Shown here: positions 37,535 through 46,215 of the stretch, piece after piece
Layout of the letters: each line of letters starts with the position of its first letter
Numbering within the stretch: the stretch's first letter is position 1
Assembly: GCF_001194135.2 (NCBI RefSeq)
Contig: NC_068986.1
Span: 72,049,434 to 72,095,648 of the forward strand
Length of the DNA: 46,215 nucleotides
Reading direction: 5' to 3'
Origin: Octopus bimaculoides
Taxonomy: Eukaryota
Notes under the pieces: generated by a model
Databases searched by the model: none
What the model was told of the DNA's origin: nothing
The model's input: the letters and a program-made list of their open reading frames with translations, nothing else
Program-made: the position numbers and the translations under genes

Positions 37535-37897
37535 AGTATAAATATGAATTTATAATCTGGATATAAAAATAGTTACCCTCTTTCTCTTTTATTTTCGAAG
37601 AGATATTCACATTAACTGGTCAGCTGATCTTTATAACGGTACTTACCTTTTCTTGTCTGTCCCTAACAATATCCGATCTGTTATATTTACATTTGTGAGA
37701 CATTTTGATGGAAATGTTCCACCAATATACTTTGTGCTGATGTTTATGTATGCATTCAATAACATTGGGCTTCCTTTTCGAATCGCATTGCATATTGTTT
37801 TAGAGACATCGTGTCGCATAGGGAGATGGTACCTTGAAGATATTTTGGGGCAGTTTCTAAATTCTGGAGCAACTTCAAATGGCATGAAATTTGACAT
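37535..37897 (-). mobile_element. R4/Dong-like C-terminal fragment (zinc knuckle/RHD motif and restriction-like endonuclease)
   Basis: NCPKISSRYHLPMRHDVSKTICNAIRK, then in a shifted frame KVYWWNISI..NRSDIVRDRQEKVSTVIKIS*PVNVNISSKIKEKE. Confidence 0.75.
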
Positions 37898-37899
37898 AA

Positions 37900-37990
37900 T
37901 GTATGTATGTATGTATGTATGTATGTATGTATGTATGATTGTATGTATGTTGTATGCATGTACATATGTATGTATTCAGTTGTATGTTGT
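37900..37990. repeat. (GTAT)n microsatellite
   Basis: Seen directly. Confidence 0.92.
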
Positions 37991-38379
37991 GATGTAGTAT
38001 ACCTTACCTATTTTACCAGATATTTTGATCCCGTTGTCTAGATCAACACTCCACTCCAGCACACGTATTATCTAGGTAAGGCTAGGCAAGATGAGTCACG
38101 TAATATTTTAATAATCACGAAACCATTTGCTGATATTTCGAACGAATTCAGTAGTACGTTTCGAGTGGTTACATAACAAACTGTTACGCAGATTCCACTG
38201 CCTTCAATTGATACAAAAAAAATGCGGTATTTCAATGTTACGACTGAAGACAAAATCTGCGCCATTTGAAACGTACGTATTAAATGCATTCCAAACAGCA
38301 GTACTTATTTTTGTGATGATTCAAATATATGCATGTATGTGGGGGAGGGTGTAATCTCAAAAATTTATAATCTGGAATC

Positions 38380-38835
38380 TTAGGTATTCGGAATAAATAC
38401 TATATTGAATTTACTTAAAATGCATACACGTGATTAACATACGTAATTCTGCAAGTCTTGAACACAAACACGCTGTTACGAGCCTCAAAATAGATTATGA
38501 GAATTATGAATATTTAGCTTCACGTAATCCATATATTACACTTAAAGATAATCAAGACAAATGTAAGTTAATCAAGATAAGTATACTTACCAAATACATC
38601 CTTGATTCCATGATAATTAGAATAGAAGTTGTTCTTTAGCATTAGGATAGCGCAGCGTTCTTAACAGAATAGTTTTGAGATATCAACAACAGACAACATT
38701 GCAACTTTGCACAGTTTGATATTGCATTCCATTCTAATGTAACTAAATCTATTCCCCACACGATCTTGAGTCAAAAACACTGTAAAATATAATTTATGTG
38801 GTATTAAGATCATTCTTCGCGCAAGAGAACCCCAC
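38380..38835 (+). mobile_element. Penelope-like reverse transcriptase fragment, decayed
   Basis: SLKIDYENYEYLASRNPYITLKD..KCKLI..KYILD, then CNFAQFDIAF and IKIILRAR, in the order of PLE RT motifs (FITLKDHK, CRLINP, FIQFDI, IIMHAR). Confidence 0.7.
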
Positions 38836-38849
38836 ATAAATATGACTGG

Positions 38850-38875
38850 TGTGTGTACGTGCGTGCATGCGTGCG

Positions 38876-38918
<43 letters not shown>

Positions 38919-38930
38919 GAGTGTGTGCTT
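38850..38930. repeat. (TG)n microsatellite
   Basis: Seen directly. Confidence 0.93.
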
Positions 38931-40167
38931 TCGTGCGCGCAGGTACAACACAAAATTCTGCAGCGTATGCCGTTCAGGTTCAAATGTGCAGAAACTTATT
39001 AAAAATGCATGTACACATTTTGGTACACTTTGCATTGTATGCTGAAGGAACTCGCCCGAGACAAAATTTCACACATGTCCTCGTGCACTCATCATTATAT
39101 TTACCCTCTCAGCTCTGCGTGCTTATTATATAATAATTTCAGCTTGATAAGCCTTAATACACACCAGCAAATATTTTGTTTGCTGTTTCCTATATAGGAA
39201 CACCATTTTCTATCTAGCTATAAGAGGTGGAGGTAGTATGTATGACTAAGGAGGAGACATCTTGCGAAATACCGGGTCCTGTTCACCACTAATATCATAT
39301 CGAGTTTGATTTGTGTTTTTTAATGCAAAATGCACATAGGGAAAATTTGCTTTCCAGTGATCCGAAACATCGGATCCAGTAGTCCCATTACGTTACTTGA
39401 TGTTTGTACGTTTTAGAAACAAAGCAAATTCTGCATGTGTTCTCGGAATCAAAATCTCACAGCGAATTTTATGCGGCTTCGAGTACACTGGAAAATAAAA
39501 ATACATGTTTGAAATAAATACTCACGTCATTATTCCGACCCACGCTGCTGAGTGCATAAATTGCAGTGTTTCCAACTTTGCAATAACATACACACGTGCA
39601 AACATACACACACACGCACACAAACACACACACACACACACACACACATCAATAAATATATTTTAATTGCCGTTTTCTACATGGGCACAAATGTTCATAT
39701 CTAGCATCCTGTTCACTGTTGACGTCACGTGGAGCTTTGTGAGTTTTTACATATAATGAACAGAGGAGGAAATTTGTTTCCCGAGATAAAATGTATATTT
39801 GTTGAAGCATCTCTTAATAGCGTTCCATTATTCATGGCTCTATGCTAAAGTCGTATGATATCTTTGTAGGAAGTGTATCTTCATTTGTTGAATGCTAACT
39901 TAGCTCAGCCACTTTATTCAAATTTCTCCTGCACCTGATGGTAACTGTTCATTTGCAGCTATTTCTGTTTTTGCTGTGAGTGCTATGTTGTTTCTTCCAA
40001 TAAAATTTTTCTTACCTCACTTATGATGCCTTTCTTAAGAGGAGTGATATATTTAAGAAACTGCTATTTGACAAAATATAAATGCTACCGCTGTTGCCCT
40101 TTCATACTCGCTGCTGATTTTAGAAACTGTCAGTGTTTGTTGGTCTAAGAGAGCTTGTATACAAGTA

Positions 40168-41624
40168 TCAGGCTGATAAATAATTCATGACCGTTTTGTT
40201 TTTCTTTCAAATTTAAAAATGCACGCAGAAATAAAGCGCATTCGCAAAATGTTTTATGTTATTTAAAAGAGAATTTTTTGCTCTACAAGATATTGCATTT
40301 TGATTTTTTTGATTTTATTGATTTTTGTGTATTTTCAGATCATTAAAATGGAATGTCAAGTGGATAAAACTGAGCATTTATTTTCGACACCATTTGCTTT
40401 TTGCATTTAATCGAGGTGTTAAGGCCACCGAAGCTGCTCGTGAGATTTGTGCTGTGTATGGAGAAGAAGCAATGCCTCAAAGTTCCACCCGCCGTTGGTT
40501 TTCGCACTTCAAAAATGGGAATTTTGATCTCAAGGACGGATCACACACCGGTCAACCAGAAAATTGGCGAAGCAAATGGATTGTGATAAAAAAAACTGTG
40601 GTGAACCACCTTCACNNNNNNNNNNNNNNNNNNNNNNNNNNNNNNNNNNNNNNNNNNNNNNNNNNNNNNNNNNNNNNNNNNNNNNNNNNNNNNNNNNNNN
40701 NNNNNNNNNNNNNNNNNNNNNNNNNNNNNNNNNNNNNNNNNNNNNNNNNNNNNNNNNNNNNNNNNNNNNNNNNNNNNNNNNNNNNNNNNNNNNNNNNNNN
40801 NNNNNNNNNNNNNNNNNNNNNNNNNNNNNNNNNNNNNNNNNNNNNNNNNNNNNNNNNNNNNNNNNNNNNNNNNNNNNNNNNNNNNNNNNNNNNNNNNNNN
40901 NNNNNNNNNNNNNNNNNNNNNNNNNNNNNNNNNNNNNNNNNNNNNNNNNNNNNNNNNNNNNNNNNNNNNNNNNNNNNNNNNNNNNNNNNNNNNNNNNNNN
41001 NNNNNNNNNNNNNNNNNNNNNNNNNNNNNNNNNNNNNNNNNNNNNNNNNNNNNNNNNNNNNNNNNNNNNNNNNNNNNNNNNNNNNNNNNNNNNNNNNNNN
41101 NNNNNNNNNNNNNNNNNNNNNNNNNNNNNNNNNNNNNNNNNNNNNNNNNNNNNNNNNNNNNNNNNNNNNNNNNNNNNNNNNNNNNNNNNNNNNNNNNNNN
41201 NNNNNNNNNNNNNNNNNNNNNNNNNNNNNNNNNNNNNNNNNNNNNNNNNNNNNNNNNNNNNNNNNNNNNNNNNNNNNNNNNNNNNNNNNNNNNNNNNNNN
41301 NNNNNNNNNNNNNNNNNNNNNNNNNNNNNNNNNNNNNNNNNNNNNNNNNNNNNNNNNNNNNNNNNNNNNNNNNNNNNNNNNNNNNNNNNNNNNNNNNNNN
41401 NNNNNNNNNNNNNNNNNNNNNNNNNGTAGAATTGAGGTCTTGGTTGGACGAATTCTTTGAGTCAAGACCGCGAGATTTCTATCGCCGAGGCATCGAGAAC
41501 TTATTGAACGATGGGAAGAAGCCGTAAAAAACAACAGAGAGCATATCATTGATTACTTTATTGTAGTTTTCTGTATGTTTAAAATAAATTTGAAACAACT
41601 CTCATGGATTATTCCTCAACTCAA
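40168..41624 (+). mobile_element. Mariner transposon spanning an 810-N gap
   Basis: TA at 40166-40167 and 41625-41626; 5' MECQVDKTEH(L)FRHHLLFAFNRGVKATEAAREICAVYGE..RWFSHFKNGNFDLKD from 40348; 3' ELRSWLDEFFESRPRDFYRRGIENL; TIRs related but diverged. Confidence 0.88.
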
Positions 41625-42480
41625 TATTAAGGGTCAAATATTTTCTCTTAGAAAATATAGACTTTCTAATACTTGGCTAGTGTATTCGGTCGTACAGTAA
41701 AAGCCCTGTATTTGCTAGCATGTTTGATGATGTGGTTGCAAGCACTCACTTTCACATTTATAAGATCACTGAAGACTTTCAAAGTGAAGAGTGAAGAATG
41801 TTTCACATCAAGAATTGGAATCGTTTGAGACGAATCTTAAACAACAGAAACTGTAAAACAAAGAAGTATAACAATCAGATATTTGTTGGAAAAAAACATG
41901 ACCAAAAAACTGAATAATTAAGATTCATGCAACAATTAAAGAAAATTGGATCAGTTAAATACTTATGATAAAGAATATCTCAAACACGATCATTCTGCAA
42001 AACATGTATATCGTATTTCATTTTGTTATTTTCGTTTTTAACTCTGTTTGTAGGGCTATCACCAAACCATCTCAGAGCTGATTTTATTAATCATTATTTC
42101 AAGCCAATATTAAGTTCTAGGGGGGGGGATGTATAATTGTTTCAAAGATGAGTATAATGTTCAAATAATCGCAGTGTGGTAAATTTTTGCATTAGCAATG
42201 AAACAGCTGATAAATAACTGGTCCCTAGGAAAAATCATAATTCCATTTAATTCACTCTACTTGACTACAGACTGATGGGAATTATGACTCAAATTAGAGA
42301 CTGTGCTCACTGAACATAACATGCTTTTTAAGATATAATGTTCAATGGAAAGAGTGAAATGTTGACTGAAGCAGAATCTAAGTTTGCTTCAAAAAAATAT
42401 TTGTATGTTTTCACATAAAAAGTTTAATTGTACATAGTTTCATCAGAACACATCATTCCCTAAAATATTCTTTTCAACTC

Positions 42481-42663
42481 TAGACACAGGGCCCTAAATT
42501 TTGGGGGAGGGGGACAGTCGATTAGATCTCGACCCAGTACGCAACTGGTACTTAATTTATCGACCCCGAAAGGATGAAAGGCATTTGAACTCAGAACGTA
42601 AAGACAGACGAAATATCGTTAAGCATTTCGCCTGGCATACTAACGTTTTGCCAGCTCGCCGCT
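42481..42663 (-). mobile_element. SINE family A with a short internal deletion
   Basis: Tail, core and head match; aagtcgacctcggcgga is missing between gaaaggca and tttgaactc. Confidence 0.9.
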
Positions 42664-43023
42664 GAACATTACCAAAAATATTGAATTAAAACAATGACGG
42701 TGTATGATCTTATATTTCATATACTCAGCTCAGTTAATTATGTCAACTTTACCATGTGGCTTTACACTTTAACATCCTCTATTGAATTTGAACCACATAT
42801 TAACGCATAACTAACCTTCATATTTGCAATTATCAAGCCTCTTTAATCAGTAATACAATCGTTTTATGTAGCTATTTGGCTGTTGAGTGCTGTAACCTTT
42901 TCTCTGAAGTAAGATGAACATAGCAGATTCACAATTCTATTGGCTGTTGGCAATGCTATGCATGCTATTTTCACAATGGTACAGCAGTTACTGAATAGTT
43001 ATCAACACCCTACTAATATCAAA

Positions 43024-43028
43024 TGTGT

Positions 43029-43073
<45 letters not shown>
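43024..43073. repeat. (TG)n microsatellite
   Basis: Seen directly. Confidence 0.93.
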
Positions 43074-43075
<2 letters not shown>

Positions 43076-43235
43076 GCATTTCTTCAGGGACATTGATTGA
43101 ATTTGTGCTAACAATTTACGTGAGATGCTGGACTATTAAGATTTTAAAATAGAAGTGATACAGAAATTAAAGCTGGATGAAGTAATAATGATATTATATA
43201 TATCATTTAACCTTAAATTATTAGCATTTATTTTT

Positions 43236-44144
43236 TGTGTCCTGTCTCCATATCTGTACAACATCTATGCAGAAAACATCATAAGCGTGATGAAGGAGAA
43301 CTGCGATAGTGGTGTGCAGATTGGTGGAGAAAGGCTGTGCAATCTGAGATACGCCGATGACACAACCCTCATAAGTAACAGCAAGGACGAATTGCTGCAG
43401 ATGATACGCAAAGTGAAAGACATGAGTGCACAGAGTGACCTATTCCTGAATGTAAAGAAGACAAAGATCTTGGTGGTGGATAAGTACAGGACAGCCCAAG
43501 GTGGCTTCACCGTAGGCAGAGAGATGATTCAGGAAGTGGATGATTTTGTGTACTTGGGATTTTGTGTACTTGGGATTTTGTGTACTTGGGATCCACAATT
43601 AGCACCAGAGATACAGAGAAGGCACGCGATAGCGAGGCAAGCGGTACAAGATATGGAGAACATCTGGAAGAGTTTTGGCTTGTCAATGCTGCTGAAGATA
43701 AGGCTACTTCGGGCTGTCGCTTTCTCTATTGCGACGTACGGCTGCGAGTCGTGAACAATGTTGAAGGCAGACGAGAAAAGAGTGAGCGCTTTTGAAATGT
43801 GGTCTTACAGCAGAATCCTTAGAGTGTCGTGGACAGAGAGAAGGACGAACAACTAGGTACTAGAAAAGCTCGGTTGCGAGATGACGCTTCGCCGAAACAT
43901 CATGAAATGGAAGCTACGGTTCTTTAGCTACATCATGCGCCGGGATGGACTTGAGCGAACGATCATAACTGGTAAGGTGAACGGCAGACGTAAAAGAGGC
44001 AGACCAACCACTTCTTGGCTAAAAGACATCGCAGCCACAGGATTGTCTTTATTCTCAGCTGTCCATGGGGTAGAGGACAGGAGAAGTTGGCAAGATATCG
44101 TGATGACCACAGAATCGCATAGTGCGACACCTGACTAGAAAAAA
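43236..44144 (+). mobile_element. 5'-truncated RTE-clade LINE (BovB-like RT C-terminus)
   Basis: CVLSPYLYNIYAE, NLRYADDTTL (43350), LNVKKTK, FVYLGS, EIQRR, TYGCES, AFEMW..RILRVSWT, GKVNGRRKRGRP..W; short A-rich end; 40-bp flanking direct repeats. Confidence 0.95.
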
Positions 44145-44283
44145 ATATATATAATTCAACCTTAAATTGTCAGTATTTATTTTTAAAAAACATATAACTT
44201 CATAATAAATGAAGAGGAACTATGATTTAAAGTGAGATCATATTATATTATGTACAAAACAATACATTTAAAGGTGTTACCAT

Positions 44284-44798
44284 AGGTGTTGGAGTGGGTG
44301 TGTGGTAAGAAGCTTGCTTCCCAGCCACATGGTTCCGGGTTCAGTCCCACTGCGTGGCACCTTGAGCAAGTGTCTTCTTATATAATCTTGGGCCGACCAA
44401 AACCTTGTGAGTGGACAGAAACAGAAAGAAGCCCGTTATATATATAAACAAGACTGAAAGACAGCTAAACTTCCTTATCAAGTTTCAACATGCTTCTGGC
44501 TGGCAGCAAATTCAAATATACACATATATAAAGAGAGGGAGATAGAAACGACTATTTCCTTTCATGTTGAAAAAATAGACGCTTTAATGAAATATCTATA
44601 ATTCACCTTGACACGATAAAAGCTTGTCAGCGAGCGAAACGAACAGGATCAATTTTTTTAAATTACTGTGAGTTTATAGCGTACAGTAGTTTCAAGGTGA
44701 ATTATAGACGTTTCACTAAAGCATCTATTTTTTCAACATGCAAGGAAATAGTCGTTTCTATCTCCCTCTNNNNNNNNNNATATATGTATGTATGTATG

Positions 44799-44829
<31 letters not shown>

Positions 44830-45016
44830 TTGTTTGTCAGTGTTCGTCCCCCCACCATCACTTGACAACCTATGTTGTCCTCGTAACTTAGCGGTTCAGC
44901 AAAGAGACCGATAGAATAAGTACTAAGCTTACAAAGAATAAGTCCCGGAGTCGACTAAAGGCGGTGCTTCAGCATGACCGCAGTCAAATGACTGAAACAA
45001 GAAAAAGAATAAAAGA
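44284..45016 (+). mobile_element. SINE family B, interrupted in its central microsatellite
   Basis: A-box-like tgggtgtgtgg, B-box-like ggttcagtcc, caccttgagcaagtg motif; tail 44830-45016. Confidence 0.88.
44534..44769. mobile_element. Foldback/MITE-like element with 78-bp terminal inverted repeats
   Basis: Arms 44534-44611 and 44692-44769, 5 mismatches, 80-bp spacer; the right arm abuts a 10-N gap. Confidence 0.85.
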
Positions 45017-46069
45017 ATATGATGCAATACGTTTCTGTCATATCTTCCTATCTGGATGCCAAGCAACTTCATAGAAATATCGGTTAACTATTCTTGAGTA
45101 AAAATTATGTTAATTTGTATGCATATTTCTGAACGATGTGTTTGAAAAGTTTATTTTCACGATTCTATTACATTATTTATTTCATCGAATAAAAGAGAAC
45201 ATAAATTCAACGCAACGTCAACTATTTATTGAAACTGTGGATACAAAATTACTGCAATATTTCCAAAAGAAGATACTTCGCAAAAAAAACATGTTGTTTA
45301 AAATATTTAATCCGAGAAAGAATGTAGTAAATATTGTAATTATTAGCAAGACAAAATATAGTAGCAAACAGCGACATGAAGTCCACTTTACATTCATAAA
45401 TATGATACAATAGAATTTTGAAATCAATCACATTATCACAAAGTATGACTTAATGAGTTGCGAAGCTTAAATATGTCTGTACAAGGGAACATAAAACAAG
45501 AACAAATTAGAGATTTCAAACAATTTATTATATTCAACTAAATCTCGGCATTTTCAAGTAGTCATTGAATAAATTGATAAGTGACAAAATATATGTAGTC
45601 CAAAGCTTATTAGCACAAAGGGAGCCAACTCTGTCATAAAATTACAAAAAATATTCTGGCCAAAATGGTAAATAATAGTCAGTTGCCTACAAGTTGAAAT
45701 GACATGATATGCCACGCTTCCGCCTTGCACAGTTACATAATATACACTCAACTTATATAATCTTTAGTAATAGAGACTGAAAAAGTCTAGCAATGTCGCA
45801 TTCTATCTATTATGCAGGTATTCAATGATAATGTTATTAATACAGTCCAAAGGGAAAGAACAGTATTTATGTGCAAGTAAAGCGTGAAATATTTATCAAT
45901 ATCTTATTGTTTTATTTTTATACATTTTTTTAATTCGGTGAGCTGATTTTGGTAAGTTATTCGGAGGGTGTTCCAGTATCGTACACTTAATTCTGTAACA
46001 CACTAATATCGCTTCGTGTGGGCTTATAATGAATAGATTGTGACTTCTAGTTTATCTTTTATTTTTTAT

Positions 46070-46190
46070 TTGTTTCAATCATTGGACTGCAGGTATGCTG
46101 GGGCATCGCCTTGGAGGGTTTTAGTCAAACAGATCGATCCCAGTACTTATTTTTAAATTTGGTATTTATTCCATCAGTCTCTTTAGCTGC
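46070..46190 (-). mobile_element. SINE family B tail fragment
   Basis: cattggactgcagg tatgctgggcatcgccttg...cccagtacttatt...ggtatttattccatcagtctct matches the family B tail. Confidence 0.75.
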
Positions 46191-46215
46191 GCTGCTATAT
46201 TACGAGAACATAAAA

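Noticed and set aside
37647-38660. Two in-frame minus-strand candidate exons with perfect GTAAGT donors (37647, 38591)
   Set aside because: The first is the R4-like RHD/endonuclease region, whose reading continues through the donor. The second is the antisense of the Penelope-like RT.
17229-39550. Peptide HSAAWV encoded at about 17235 (+) and about 39545 (-) with synonymous differences
   Set aside because: Many 6-residue matches are expected in an all-versus-all six-frame comparison of this size, and the flanks do not align.
3871-42663. Strand bias of SINE family A (8 minus, 3 plus) as evidence for a host intron
   Set aside because: Two-sided binomial p is about 0.23; not significant.
3871-45016. 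SINE heads as tRNA genes; repeated SINE cores as a CRISPR-like array
   Set aside because: There is no full cloverleaf, and the repeats are dispersed in both orientations with no regular spacers or cas genes.

Overview
AT-rich, microsatellite-dense eukaryotic genomic DNA with nine assembly gaps (2,028 N in total). The SINE families and repeat landscape look like an octopus (coleoid cephalopod) scaffold; this is inferred from recognising repeat families, not from a database search. I cannot support any host protein-coding gene, tRNA, rRNA or CRISPR array. Every ORF with recognisable protein motifs is a decayed transposon: three mariner copies, a Tc1-family element with DD38E-like spacing, a pogo/Tigger element, a HERO-like retroelement, two R4/Dong-like pieces, an RTE 3' end and Penelope-like pieces. 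There are also about 11 copies of one tRNA-derived SINE family and 5 of a second. The remaining long ORFs are microsatellite or N-gap artefacts. I see no evidence for a new multi-gene system. The most interesting signals are structural: a DD38E-type transposon apparently nested in a mariner, a variant minimal hammerhead-like motif in a Penelope-type terminal repeat, repeated fold-back (template-switch) hairpins that overwrote transposon sequence, a 168-bp spacerless palindrome, a 78-bp-TIR foldback element inside a SINE, and unusually long flanking direct repeats (40 bp and 98 bp).
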